This document shows, piece after piece, positions 1-9,460 of a stretch of 64,000 nt of DNA (the first letter of the stretch is position 1; each line of letters begins with the position of its first letter). The stretch covers positions 73,655-137,654 of the forward strand of contig CALCDZ010000002.1 of the NCBI GenBank assembly GCA_937900255.1, written 5' to 3'. The stretch comes from an uncultured bacterium (lineage in GTDB: Bacteria > Patescibacteriota > Patescibacteriia > SG8-24 > DYFX01). Position numbers and translations under genes: made by a program. The notes below the pieces were generated by a model. The model saw only the letters and a list, made by a program, of their open reading frames with translations, was not told the origin of the DNA and ran no database searches.

Positions 1-2
1 GC

Positions 3-695
3 GTGGCGTATGGGCTTTACGACATGGATCATCTCATCCGGAACCTCGGCATCGCGGTCATAGGCGGTCGCCCGACCCTGACGATCGACTCGACGGCGGT
101 CCGGGCATTCGAGGACTTCCTCTTGGCCCGGTATCATATGTTCCTTCAGGTCTATCACCATAAGACCACCAACGGGTTCGACCATTTCCTGAAACAGGCC
201 TTCAGTCGGCAGGAGGTAGGCATCCGCATCCCGGGAAATGTCGCCGGATATCTCGAGATGCGCGACAGCACCTTCCTGGAGGCGCTTTTCGCGGCCGCAC
301 GGGATCCGGAGCACGCCTGGGCCCGGCGTTTCGCCCAGCGGACGCCTGCCAAACGCCTCTATGCCGCGAGCGGCGATCGGGCCGGTTCCCGCGAGACGCT
401 GAAGAAGCTGCGGCGCGCCTTGACCAAGGCGGGCGTTCCGCATTTCGCCATCAACTCCCATCAGTATCTTTCCAAGCTCGACGCGTTCCGCAAGGGACGG
501 AAGCCGGGCGACGGCCGGATGTTCGTGCGCGAGAAGCGCCTCGGGCGCCTGCTCTTCACCCCGGTCGAACATTACAGCGCCCTGCTCAAGAAATATAACG
601 AGGTCATCGACATCGTGAACCTCTACGTCCTGCCGGAGCACCTGCGCGCCGCGCTCAAGGTCATCGAGGCCTCCGGCCTCGGCGCCGACGCGTGA
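3..695 (+). CDS. HD-domain phosphohydrolase (dNTP triphosphohydrolase/SAMHD1-like), C-terminal part; 5'-truncated by window edge
   Basis: YGLYDMDHLI...FEDFLLARYHMFLQVYHHKT matches the conserved post-HD segment of the family; ORF is open at window start. Confidence 0.8.
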   Translation: MAYGLYDMDHLIRNLGIAVIGGRPTLTIDSTAVRAFEDFLLARYHMFLQVYHHKTTNGFDHFLKQAFSRQEVGIRIPGNVAGYLEMRDSTFLEALFAAARDPEHAWARRFAQRTPAKRLYAASGDRAGSRETLKKLRRALTKAGVPHFAINSHQYLSKLDAFRKGRKPGDGRMFVREKRLGRLLFTPVEHYSALLKKYNEVIDIVNLYVLPEHLRAALKVIEASGLGADA

Positions 696-743
696 CCTTC
701 GGCCTGGACGGGCCGGCTCCGGCGTGCTACCTTCAGGCTTCCT

Positions 744-1871
744 ATGGCGATTCCCGCGTTCGAACTGCTGCTCTCCGGGGAACCGAAGTTCCGGCTTTCC
801 CAGGTCCGCGACGCGAAATACCGCTCGCTGGTCTCTTCGTGGTCGGAAGCCACGTCCTTGCCGCCCGAACTACGCGAGAGGCTCGACCGTGAGGCGCCGA
901 TTTCCTGCCTGACGCTCGCGGCTGAAACGGTCTCTTCGAAGGGCGATACCGTCAAGTGCGCGTTCCGCTGTGCCGACGGGCAGCTGATCGAGACGGTCCT
1001 GATGCGACATGAGCAGGAACGGAACACGGTCTGCGTCTCTTCGCAGGCGGGTTGCCCGATGGCTTGCGCCTTCTGCGCGACCGGTACGCTCGGGCTGAAG
1101 CGCAACCTGACGTCGGACGAGATCGTCGATCAGGTCATGCATTTCGCCCGCAAGCTGAAGGCGGAAGGCGATACGGTCACGAACGTGGTCCTCATGGGCA
1201 TGGGCGAGCCGTTCCACAACTATGACCAGGTCATGGAGACCCTGCGCACCTTGAACGACCCCAAGGGCCTGGCCTTCGGCGTGCGGCGCATGTCCATCAG
1301 CACCTGCGGGATCGTGCCCGGTATCCTGAAGCTTGCGGACGATCCGCTTCGCGTCAACTTGGCGATCTCGCTGCACGCCCCGAACGACGCGCTGCGCTCC
1401 AACCTGATGCCGGTCAACAAGGCGTATCCGCTCGGCAAGCTGTTCGCCGCCATCCGCACGTATCTCGGCAAGACGAACCGCAAGGTCATGTTCGAGTACC
1501 TGCTCATCGACGGCGTGAACGATTCTCCGGAGATCGCCGAAGAGCTGGCGGACCTCCTGTGCAGGGAAAATCCTGACGGCAGCGGGCGGCCGACGCCGCT
1601 CTATCATGTCAATCTCATCAAGTATCACGCGACGGAAGTCCTTGGATCGGCCGCCGAGCGGTTCGGCTTGCCTGTCGATCCGTACACCGGGCGCGGGACG
1701 TTCCCTTCGAGTCCTGTCGAGCGCCGCCGCGCCTTCCAGCAGGTCCTCTACGAGCGCGGCATCTCCGTCACGCACCGCATCACTTTCGGAGAAGACATCG
1801 ACGCCGCCTGCGGCCAGCTCGCGAACAAGACTGCGGAGCTATGTGGAAAAAAGAAGGGAAAAAGAAGGTGA
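744..1871 (+). CDS. rlmN: 23S rRNA m2A2503 / tRNA dual-specificity radical SAM methyltransferase
   Basis: CVSSQAGCPMACAFCATG (CxxxCxxC), MGMGEP, ISLHAP, IDAACGQL motifs. Confidence 0.97.
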   Translation: MAIPAFELLLSGEPKFRLSQVRDAKYRSLVSSWSEATSLPPELRERLDREAPISCLTLAAETVSSKGDTVKCAFRCADGQLIETVLMRHEQERNTVCVSSQAGCPMACAFCATGTLGLKRNLTSDEIVDQVMHFARKLKAEGDTVTNVVLMGMGEPFHNYDQVMETLRTLNDPKGLAFGVRRMSISTCGIVPGILKLADDPLRVNLAISLHAPNDALRSNLMPVNKAYPLGKLFAAIRTYLGKTNRKVMFEYLLIDGVNDSPEIAEELADLLCRENPDGSGRPTPLYHVNLIKYHATEVLGSAAERFGLPVDPYTGRGTFPSSPVERRRAFQQVLYERGISVTHRITFGEDIDAACGQLANKTAELCGKKKGKRR

Positions 1872-2953
1872 TGGTCGGCATGTCCGGCGGCGTGGATTCT
1901 TCCGTGGCCGCGGCGTTGCTGTTGGATCAGGGGTACGACGTGGTCGGCGCTTTCATGAAGAATTGGTCCGAGACCAAGGATCCCAAGACGGGGGAGTGCG
2001 CTTGGAAGGAGGAGCGGCGCGACGCCATGCGGGTGGCGGCGCAGCTCGGCATCGAATTCGTCACGTTCGATTTCGAGAAGGCGTACGACGAGGCCGTGGT
2101 CGGCTACCTCTATAGGGAATACGCCGCAGGACGCACGCCCAATCCCGACGTGATGTGCAACCGGGCCGTGAAGTTCGATCTGTTCTTGAAGGCGGCGGTC
2201 GAAGCGGGGGCTGATTTCATCGCGACCGGCCACTACGCCCGCGTCGTGAAAAAAGAAGACGGCTCCTTCGGCCTCTTGGCCGGACTCGACCGCAACAAAG
2301 ACCAGTCGTATTTCGTCTTCTCGCTCGGGCAGGAACAGCTCTCGGGCGTCCTCTTCCCGATCGGGCATCTCGACAAGCGCGACGTCCGGGCGTATGCGCG
2401 AGACCGCGGGCTCGCGACGGCCGAAAAGAAGGATTCGCAGGGCATCTGCTTCATCGGAAAAGTGGAGCTGCGGGATTTCCTGAAGCGCGCGTTGGAACCG
2501 AAGCCAGGAGTCATCGTCACGGTGGAAGGGAAGGTCGTCGGCCGGCACGACGATGTCCAGGCCTTCACGCTCGGTCAGCGTCATGGGCTCGGCGTCGGCG
2601 GTCCTGGCGAAGCCTACTACGTGGCCGCCATCGATATCCGGACCGCGACCGTCACCGTCGCCCAGGGCGCGGACCATCCCGCGCTGTTCAAGGATCGGCT
2701 CATCGCCGGAGGGTGGCATTGGGTCTCCGGGCATGCGCCGGGACTTCCGATCGCGTGCCAGGCGCGGATCCGTTACCGCCAGCCGCTCCAGGCATGCGAG
2801 TTGGCGCTCGGAATCGGCGAAGCGGACGCGCTCGAAGCGCGCTTCGCCGTGCCTCAAAGATCCGTGACGCCCGGCCAGTTCATCGTCCTGTACGACGGCG
2901 ACGAGGTGCTGGGCGGGGGCGTGATCGAGAAGGGGATCGCGTCTACGCCGTAA
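1841..2953 (+). CDS. mnmA: tRNA 2-thiouridine(34) synthase
   Basis: SGGVDSS PP-loop, TPNPDVMCN, ATGHY, KDQSYF, KKDSQGICF, TPGQ. Confidence 0.97.
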   Translation: MWKKEGKKKVMVGMSGGVDSSVAAALLLDQGYDVVGAFMKNWSETKDPKTGECAWKEERRDAMRVAAQLGIEFVTFDFEKAYDEAVVGYLYREYAAGRTPNPDVMCNRAVKFDLFLKAAVEAGADFIATGHYARVVKKEDGSFGLLAGLDRNKDQSYFVFSLGQEQLSGVLFPIGHLDKRDVRAYARDRGLATAEKKDSQGICFIGKVELRDFLKRALEPKPGVIVTVEGKVVGRHDDVQAFTLGQRHGLGVGGPGEAYYVAAIDIRTATVTVAQGADHPALFKDRLIAGGWHWVSGHAPGLPIACQARIRYRQPLQACELALGIGEADALEARFAVPQRSVTPGQFIVLYDGDEVLGGGVIEKGIASTP

Positions 2954-3004
2954 GTTTTTCCGGCGCGGAACGTCTATGCTACAGTGAAGATGAATCCCGC
3001 TTGC

Positions 3005-3244
3005 ATGCGCCGCGCCATCCATTTCGTCAGACGCCACAAGTTCCTGGCCGCCGCCATGACACTGCTCATGGTCGGCGTCGGTTGCGTCGGCGCGGTGCGC
3101 GAGACGGCCAGGCAGCTGAAGGATGAGGCTTCGGCGCCGATTTCGGTGCCTGTACGCGCCTACCGACAGGCCGTCGATGCCGCCTCAGGCACGGAAGCGG
3201 TCAGAAGCCGCCAGATGGAGGAGGGCGGCCTCCTGCAGGAATGA
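3005..3244 (+). CDS. small putative lipoprotein (start could be 2990)
   Basis: Basic N-terminus, hydrophobic stretch, lipobox-like VGVGC; followed by a terminator hairpin. Confidence 0.6.
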   Translation: MRRAIHFVRRHKFLAAAMTLLMVGVGCVGAVRETARQLKDEASAPISVPVRAYRQAVDAASGTEAVRSRQMEEGGLLQE

Positions 3245-3277
3245 AAAGGCCCGCGCCCTTCCGGCACGGGCCTTTTC
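3243..3277. terminator. intrinsic terminator hairpin
   Basis: gaaaaggcccg...cgggccttttc inverted repeat. Confidence 0.7.
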
Positions 3278-3282
3278 GGGCC

Positions 3283-3311
3283 TTGCCTGCCGCCGCTTCG
3301 CTCCGTATACT
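3283..3311 (+). promoter_or_regulatory. sigma70 promoter of alaS
   Basis: TTGCCT-17 nt-TATACT. Confidence 0.65.
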
Positions 3312-3329
3312 GTGCGTCGAAAGCCTGCT

Positions 3330-5195
3330 ATGACCACCAATGAGATCCGCGCCAAGTTCCTGGACTTCTTCAGGGAAAAAGGCCACGCCATCATCCATTC
3401 CGCTTCGGTCATCCCCGAGAACGACCCGACGGTCCTCTTCACGACCGCCGGCATGCATCCGCTCGTGCCCTACCTTCTGGGGGAGAAGCACCCGTCCGGA
3501 AATCGCCTGGCCGACGTGCAGAAGTGCGTGCGTACGGGCGACATCGACGAGGTCGGCGACAACCGCCACCTCACCTTTTTCGAGATGCTCGGCAACTGGT
3601 CGCTCGGCGACTACTTCAAGCGTGAGGCCATCACCTGGTCGTTCGAGTTCCTGACCTCCCCCCGCTGGCTGAATCTTGATCCGAACCGCATCTACGTGAC
3701 GGTCTTCGAGGGCGACGCCGACGCGCCGCGCGACCTCGAATCGGTCGGCATCTGGAAGGACGTGTTCCAGGCGCGCGGCATCGATGCCAACTTCAACCAG
3801 CGCATCTTCGCCTACCCGAAAGGCAAGAACTGGTGGGGGCCGGCCGGAACGACCGGCCCGTGCGGTCCCGACACGGAGATATTCTACGACACAGGACGCC
3901 GGCATGATCGGCGCTTCGGCGAGGAGTGCCACCCGAACTGCGACTGCGGGCGCTTCGTGGAGATCTGGAACAACGTCTTCATGGAGTACAACAAGACGGC
4001 CGCCGGCACGTTCGAGCCGCTCGTCCAGAAGAACGTCGATACTGGCATGGGGCTCGAACGCGTGACCGCCATGCTGCAAGGCAGGGACACCGTCTTCGAC
4101 ACCGAGAACTTCCGGGAGCTGCTTTCGGGAATCGGCGCGCTCGCCGCCAAGACGTATGGAGCGAGCGAAGAGGATGATCGCTCGATGCGCATCGTGGCCG
4201 ACCACGTCCGCACCGCGACATTCATGATCGGGGACCCGCGAGGCATCACCCCCTCCAACGTCGACCAGGGTTATATCCTGAGGCGCCTGATCCGCCGTGC
4301 CGTCCGCTACGGACGCCAGCTCGGGATCGAAGGCTTCTTCACCTCGAAGATCGCGGAAAAGGTCATCGAGCTGTTCGGCGACGCCTATCCGGAACTCCGG
4401 GAGAACCGCGATCGCGTCATCGGCGCGCTCGACGCCGAAGAGGACAAGTTCACGCGCACCTTGCAGAACGGCTTGCATGAGGCAGCCAAACTGAAGGAGG
4501 AACTCGCGAGCTTCCCCTTGATTCCTGGAGAACGCGCCTTCTACCTGTATGAGTCGTTCGGTTTCCCGAAGGAACTGACGGAGGAGGTCCTCGGCAAGAA
4601 GGTCGAGGAGGCCGAATGGGGCGCGGCCATGAAGGCGCACCAGGACCTTTCCCGCCAAGGCGCCGAGAAGAAGTTCAAGGGCGGCCTCGCCGATGCCTCT
4701 TGGGAGACGACGCGCCTGCACACGGCTACGCACCTCCTGCACAAGGCGCTCCGCAACGTGCTGGGGGAGCACGTCGAACAGAAGGGGTCGAACATCACCG
4801 CCGAGCGGCTGCGGTTCGATTTCTCGCACCCCAGCAAGATGACGCCGGAGGAGATCAAGAAGGTGGAAGACATGGTCAATGAAGCCATCGCCCGCGACCT
4901 GCCGGTGCACTACGAGGAAAAGACCGTGCCCGACGCCAAGGCCGGCGGCGCCATCGGTTTGTTCGAAGACCGTTACGGCGACAAGGTGAAGGTCTACGTC
5001 GTGGGCGATTACTCGATGGAGATCTGCGGCGGGCCGCACGTCCGCCACACCGCGCAGGTCGGGCGTTTCAAGATCCAGAAGGAAGAAGCCTCATCGGCCG
5101 GCGTCCGCCGCATCAAGGCGATCGTGGAACCGGTCCTGCCGGACGGCAGCACGCCGACCGCCGCCGAGACCGAACCGGCCGGGCCCAGGGAGTGA
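3330..5195 (+). CDS. alaS: alanine--tRNA ligase (short form without C-Ala domain)
   Basis: LFTTAGM, HLTFFEMLGNWSLGDYFK, DTGMGLER, HTATHLL, EICGGPH editing motifs; ends after GVRRIKA. Confidence 0.97.
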   Translation: MTTNEIRAKFLDFFREKGHAIIHSASVIPENDPTVLFTTAGMHPLVPYLLGEKHPSGNRLADVQKCVRTGDIDEVGDNRHLTFFEMLGNWSLGDYFKREAITWSFEFLTSPRWLNLDPNRIYVTVFEGDADAPRDLESVGIWKDVFQARGIDANFNQRIFAYPKGKNWWGPAGTTGPCGPDTEIFYDTGRRHDRRFGEECHPNCDCGRFVEIWNNVFMEYNKTAAGTFEPLVQKNVDTGMGLERVTAMLQGRDTVFDTENFRELLSGIGALAAKTYGASEEDDRSMRIVADHVRTATFMIGDPRGITPSNVDQGYILRRLIRRAVRYGRQLGIEGFFTSKIAEKVIELFGDAYPELRENRDRVIGALDAEEDKFTRTLQNGLHEAAKLKEELASFPLIPGERAFYLYESFGFPKELTEEVLGKKVEEAEWGAAMKAHQDLSRQGAEKKFKGGLADASWETTRLHTATHLLHKALRNVLGEHVEQKGSNITAERLRFDFSHPSKMTPEEIKKVEDMVNEAIARDLPVHYEEKTVPDAKAGGAIGLFEDRYGDKVKVYVVGDYSMEICGGPHVRHTAQVGRFKIQKEEASSAGVRRIKAIVEPVLPDGSTPTAAETEPAGPRE

Positions 5196-5275
5196 ATGCG
5201 CTCAACGATGATGGTCGCGAATCTTAGCGTATTTTCCGGCGCTATCCATCGTTTTTTTGACTGGCGTTAGCCCAC

Positions 5276-5304
5276 TTGACGCCTTTTGGCTCATTTGTTA
5301 GACT
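5276..5304 (+). promoter_or_regulatory. sigma70 promoter of the infA/alpha operon
   Basis: TTGACG-17 nt-TAGACT. Confidence 0.7.
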
Positions 5305-5391
5305 TCCGTCAAGCAAAGTCACCGCTTGGGGACTTGCGTCATTTTTTCGTTCGGACCCATCGTCCGACCGCTATTAATCCTGACGAGCAGA

Positions 5392-5628
5392 ATGCAGAAC
5401 AACGGTACCGGGGGAGCGGGAAAGGATTTCATCGAGGCCGTCGGCGTCGTTGAAGAGCTTCTTCCGGCCACGAACTTCAAGGTCAGGCTCGAGAACGACA
5501 TCATCATCCTGGCCCATCTCTCCGGGAAGATGCGGATGAACCGCATACGCCTGCTGCCCGGAGATCGCGTCAAGATCGAGATGACGCCGTACGACTTGTC
5601 CAAAGGAAGGATCGTCTACCGTTTCTAA
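5392..5628 (+). CDS. infA: translation initiation factor IF-1
   Basis: [38 protein letters not shown]. Confidence 0.97.
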   Translation: MQNNGTGGAGKDFIEAVGVVEELLPATNFKVRLENDIIILAHLSGKMRMNRIRLLPGDRVKIEMTPYDLSKGRIVYRF

Positions 5629-5648
5629 GCCCGTCAAAAAAGCGCCAC

Positions 5649-5765
5649 ATGAAAGTCCGCTCGTCCGTCAAGAAAATCTGCCGCGACTGCACCGTGATCC
5701 GCCGCAAGCGGCGCGTCTGCATCATCTGCAAGAAGGACCCTAAGCATAAGCAGCGTCAGGGCTAA
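5649..5765 (+). CDS. rpmJ: 50S ribosomal protein L36 (not in ORF track)
   Basis: Manual translation [38 protein letters not shown]. Confidence 0.97.
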   Translation: MKVRSSVKKICRDCTVIRRKRRVCIICKKDPKHKQRQG

Positions 5766-5775
5766 TTTGGCATCT

Positions 5776-6171
5776 ATGGCAATGGCACGTATCGCAGGCG
5801 TCACGCTCCCGAGCAACAAGCGCGTCCTGATCGCCCTGACCTACGTCTTCGGCATCGGAGACACCTTGGCCAAGCGCATCCTGGAGACGACCGGCGTCGA
5901 CCCGGACATCCGCGTGAAGGATCTCCCGGACGCCGACATCAACAAGCTCCGCGACCACATCGAGAAGACTATGAAGGTGGAAGGCGAACTCCGCCGCGAC
6001 AACCTCGCCCAGATCAAGCGCCTCAAGGAAATCGGTTCCTACCGCGGCACCCGCCACGCCAAGAGCCTCCCGGCTCGCGGGCAGCGCACCAAGACCAACT
6101 CGCGCACCACGCGCGGCAATGTCCGCAAGACGATGGGCTCCGGCCGCGTCAAGGCGGGCATGAAGACCTAA
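5776..6171 (+). CDS. rpsM: 30S ribosomal protein S13 (alternative start 5782)
   Basis: MARIAGV...ALTYVFGIG...RGQRTKTNSRT. Confidence 0.97.
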   Translation: MAMARIAGVTLPSNKRVLIALTYVFGIGDTLAKRILETTGVDPDIRVKDLPDADINKLRDHIEKTMKVEGELRRDNLAQIKRLKEIGSYRGTRHAKSLPARGQRTKTNSRTTRGNVRKTMGSGRVKAGMKT

Positions 6172-6192
6172 ATCATCCGGACGTAAACCTCT

Positions 6193-6648
6193 ATGGAAGA
6201 AAACGCCATCGTCGCCCCGGCCGAAGCCGCGGTCAAGACGGAAGAAGGGAAGAAGTCCGCCAAAGCGGCGCCTCGCAAGAAGACGAAGAAGAGCGTCCGC
6301 CAGGTCTCGCATGGACGCTGCTACGTCCAGGCCACCTATAACAACACCATCGTCACCCTGACGGACGCCAACGGCAACGTGCTGGCCTGGTCGTCCGCCG
6401 GCAAGGTCGGTTTCAGCGGTCCGAAGAAGTCCACGCCGTACGCCGCTTCCATGATCATCAAGGATGTCTGCGAGAAGGTGAAGGACACCGGTCTCAAGGA
6501 CGTCAACGTCTTCGTGAAGGGTATCGGTTCCGGCCGCGAGGCCGCCGTCCGCGCCCTGAACGCCAACGGCATCAACGTGCTCACGATCAAGGACGTGACC
6601 CCGATTCCTCATAACGGATGCCGGCCGCCGAAGCCGCGCCGCGTGTAA
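6193..6648 (+). CDS. rpsK: 30S ribosomal protein S11
   Basis: [35 protein letters not shown]. Confidence 0.97.
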   Translation: MEENAIVAPAEAAVKTEEGKKSAKAAPRKKTKKSVRQVSHGRCYVQATYNNTIVTLTDANGNVLAWSSAGKVGFSGPKKSTPYAASMIIKDVCEKVKDTGLKDVNVFVKGIGSGREAAVRALNANGINVLTIKDVTPIPHNGCRPPKPRRV

Positions 6649-6652
6649 ACCT

Positions 6653-7282
6653 ATGGGACGCAATACCGAACCCAAATGCAAACAGTGCCGGCGCGAAGGC
6701 GAGAAGCTCTATCTCAAAGGTGAGAAGTGCCTCGGACCGAAGTGCCCCGTCACCCGCCGCGCGTTCCCTCCGGGACAGCATGGCCCGACCTCGCGCGCCA
6801 AGGTCACGCCCTTCGGCGTCCAGCTGCGCGAGAAGCAGAAGGCTAAGCGCATCTACGGGCTCATGGAGCGCCAGTTCGAGGGCTACTTCTCCAAGGCCGC
6901 CGGCCGCATGGGCGACACCGGCGTCTTCCTGAAGCAGTACCTGGAGATGCGCCTCGACAACGTCGCGTTCCGGCTCGGCCTCGGCAAGAGCCGCGCGCAA
7001 GCCCGCCAGCTCACTACCCACGGCCTGTTCACGGTGAACGGCAAGAACGTCAACATCCCTTCCTACCAGCTTCGCGCCGGCGACCTCATTTCCATCAAGG
7101 CGAGCAAGGTCAACAAGGGCGCGTTCAAGGAACTCAAGGAACGCCTCTCCAAGCACCAGCCGCCCGCGTGGCTTTCGATGGACGCTGCGACCGTCACCGG
7201 AAAGGTCCTGAACCGCCCGACCGCCGAAGAGCTCGACCAGAGCTTCGATTCCAAGCTGATCGTCGAATTCTACTCCCGCTAA
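6653..7282 (+). CDS. rpsD: 30S ribosomal protein S4 (zinc-binding type)
   Basis: CKQCRREGEKLYLKGEKC, QLREKQK, LEMRLDN, IVEFYSR. Confidence 0.97.
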   Translation: MGRNTEPKCKQCRREGEKLYLKGEKCLGPKCPVTRRAFPPGQHGPTSRAKVTPFGVQLREKQKAKRIYGLMERQFEGYFSKAAGRMGDTGVFLKQYLEMRLDNVAFRLGLGKSRAQARQLTTHGLFTVNGKNVNIPSYQLRAGDLISIKASKVNKGAFKELKERLSKHQPPAWLSMDAATVTGKVLNRPTAEELDQSFDSKLIVEFYSR

Positions 7283-7356
7283 TCCCTGGCCTGTCCTTGT
7301 CGCCGACCGGCGATTGCTGATCTGTCGCGCCGGCCGCCGCGGGACTCCAAACACCT

Positions 7357-8160
7357 ATGGAAGACATCCTTCTTCCGTCGAAAATCGAAATCATCCGAGG
7401 CGAGCGCGAGAACGAGTCCGTCCTCATGATGGAGCCGTTCTTCCACGGATACGGCCACACGGTCGGCAACGCCCTTCGAAGGGTATTGCTCTCGTCCCTC
7501 CAGGGCGCCGCGGTCATCGCCGTCAGGATCAAAGGCGCTTCGCACGAGTTCCAGGCCATCCCGAACGTCAAGGAAGACGTGCTGGAGATCATCCTGAACC
7601 TCAAGCAACTGAGGATGAAGGTCTACTCCGACGAGCCGGTCAAGCTGACCTTGCACGCCAAGGGCGAAAAGAACGTCACCGGCAAGGATATCCAGGCCAA
7701 CTCCGACGTGGAGATCGCCAACAAGGAACTGCATATCGCGACCTTGACGGACAAGACTGGCGAACTCGAGATGGAAATCACGGTCGCGAAAGGCCGCGGC
7801 TACGTGGCGACCGAAGAACGGGGAAAGGAACGCAGCGAACTCGGTACCATCGCGGTCGACGCGCTCTACAGCCCCATCCGTTCCGTCGGTTACAAGGTGG
7901 ATGACGTCCGCGTCGGACAGGTCACGAACTACGACAAGCTCACCCTGACCATCGAGACCGACGGCACGGTGGATGCCGATGAGGCCATCCGCCAGTCCGC
8001 CAAGATCCTGATCGACCACTTCGCTCTCCTGGCCGGCCTGAATGCCGATGCCTCGAAGAAGGAAACGGAAGATGGGGAAGAGGAGGATGAAGAAGAGAAG
8101 GAGGAGTCGGAGGAGGGAGATGAGAAGCCCAAGAAGAAGGCTTCCAAGAAAAAGAAATAA
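7357..8160 (+). CDS. rpoA: RNA polymerase alpha subunit (NTD only, with acidic/basic tail)
   Basis: GYGHTVGNALRRVLLSS, HEF..IPNVKEDV, GRGYV, YDKL..IETDG; no alpha-CTD. Confidence 0.96.
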   Translation: MEDILLPSKIEIIRGERENESVLMMEPFFHGYGHTVGNALRRVLLSSLQGAAVIAVRIKGASHEFQAIPNVKEDVLEIILNLKQLRMKVYSDEPVKLTLHAKGEKNVTGKDIQANSDVEIANKELHIATLTDKTGELEMEITVAKGRGYVATEERGKERSELGTIAVDALYSPIRSVGYKVDDVRVGQVTNYDKLTLTIETDGTVDADEAIRQSAKILIDHFALLAGLNADASKKETEDGEEEDEEEKEESEEGDEKPKKKASKKKK

Positions 8161-8162
8161 GT

Positions 8163-8513
8163 ATGCGCCATCGGACGAGAAAAGCCATTTTGAGCCGAAC
8201 GAAAGGGCCGCGCGAAGCGCTACTCAGGACTTTGGCGACCTCCGTCATCCTGTACGAGAAGGTCAAGACCACCAAGGCCAAGGCGAAGTTCGTCCGCCCG
8301 CTGGTCGAGAAAGCCATCACGATCGGCAAGGCCGATACCCTGGCGGCACGCCGCCAGCTCATGACGATGTTCACCCTGCGGAACGCCGTGGAAAAGCTCC
8401 TCAAGGACTTGGGTCCAAAATACAAGGAGCGCAAGGGCGGTTACACCCGCATCACGGCCTTGAAGCGCCGGGAGGGCGACGCCGCGGAGATCGTCCAGAT
8501 CGAACTTATCTGA
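8163..8513 (+). CDS. rplQ: 50S ribosomal protein L17
   Basis: MRHR, TTKAKAK, RKGGYTRI, GDAAE. Confidence 0.97.
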   Translation: MRHRTRKAILSRTKGPREALLRTLATSVILYEKVKTTKAKAKFVRPLVEKAITIGKADTLAARRQLMTMFTLRNAVEKLLKDLGPKYKERKGGYTRITALKRREGDAAEIVQIELI

Positions 8514-8517
8514 GCCT

Positions 8518-8883
8518 ATGCCGCGTATTCCCGCAAAACGCACCGTCCATGAGATCGATGCCGACGGCCAGGCCCTCGGGCGCCTCGCGACTCGCATCGC
8601 CAGCATCCTGATCGGAAAGACCAAGGCGACCTACGTGCCGAACTCCGACATGGGTGATGCCGTCAAGGTCAGGAACGCTTCGAAGATCAGATTGACGGGC
8701 AAGAAGATGCAGACCAAGGTCTACCATCATTACTCGCAGTACCCGGGCGGAATGAAGGTCCGCAAGGTCGCCGACGAGATGGCCAAGGATCCGGCCCGCG
8801 TCATCAAGGCCGCGGTCGACCGCATGCTTCCGAAGAACACGCTCCGCTCGCGCCGTCTCAAGCGGCTGACGATCGTCAAATAA
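8518..8883 (+). CDS. rplM: 50S ribosomal protein L13
   Basis: IDADGQALGRLA, GD.V.V.NA, YHHYSQYPGG, MLPKN; C-terminally short. Confidence 0.96.
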   Translation: MPRIPAKRTVHEIDADGQALGRLATRIASILIGKTKATYVPNSDMGDAVKVRNASKIRLTGKKMQTKVYHHYSQYPGGMKVRKVADEMAKDPARVIKAAVDRMLPKNTLRSRRLKRLTIVK

Positions 8884-8893
8884 AGCCGCGATT

Positions 8894-9385
8894 ATGACGA
8901 CAAAAAAAGAAGCCGCTTCCAAAAAGCCCGTTGCCAAGAAAGCGACGAGGAAGACGGCGGCGGCCGAAAAGAAGGCGCACTCCCACGACGTCACCGGCAG
9001 CTACTTCTACGCCGTCGGACGCCGCAAGTCGGGTATCGCCCAGGTCCGCGTCTATTTGACGGGCAAAGGCAAGATCACCGTCAACCGCAAGCCGATGACC
9101 GAGTACTTCCCGGTCGCGGAGCTGCAGGACGCGATCCTTCTCCCGCTCAAGGCGGCCGGCATCGACGCCACGGCCGATGTGGTGGCGGAAGCCCACGGCG
9201 GAGGCATCCGCGGTCAGGCTGAGGCCGTCAAGCTCGGCATCGCCCGCGCCCTCCTCGTGCACAACCCCGAACTTCGCGCCACCTTGAAGCCTCTCGGCGT
9301 CCTTACCCGCGATCCTCGCGAAAAGGAGCGCAAGAAGTACGGCTTGAAGAAGGCTCGCAAGAGCCCGCAGTGGGCAAAGCGCTGA
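8894..9385 (+). CDS. rpsI: 30S ribosomal protein S9
   Basis: GRRKS, GGGIRGQAEA, LTRDPREKERKKYGLKKARKSPQWAKR; Lys-rich N-terminal extension. Confidence 0.97.
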   Translation: MTTKKEAASKKPVAKKATRKTAAAEKKAHSHDVTGSYFYAVGRRKSGIAQVRVYLTGKGKITVNRKPMTEYFPVAELQDAILLPLKAAGIDATADVVAEAHGGGIRGQAEAVKLGIARALLVHNPELRATLKPLGVLTRDPREKERKKYGLKKARKSPQWAKR

Positions 9386-9395
9386 ACGCATCACG

Positions 9396-9426
9396 GAAAC
9401 CCCGCTTCATGGCGGGGTTTCTTGTT
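9396..9426 (+). terminator. intrinsic terminator of the ribosomal protein operon
   Basis: gaaaccccgc-ttcatg-gcggggtttc followed by T-rich tail. Confidence 0.8.
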
Positions 9427-9460
9427 GCTTGAACCGCCGCCGCCGTATAAGATGTCTCCT

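Noticed and set aside
1841-1871. rlmN/mnmA 31-nt overlap on an A-rich tract as a programmed frameshift fusion
   Set aside because: Both proteins are complete and mnmA has its own ctATG start; a simple overlap explains it.
3123-3329. Long N-terminal extensions in the ORF track (alaS; also 20864, 32743, 36319, 44719, 47545, 53076, 54711, 56225)
   Set aside because: They overlap upstream genes, terminators or promoters; homology starts at downstream ATGs.
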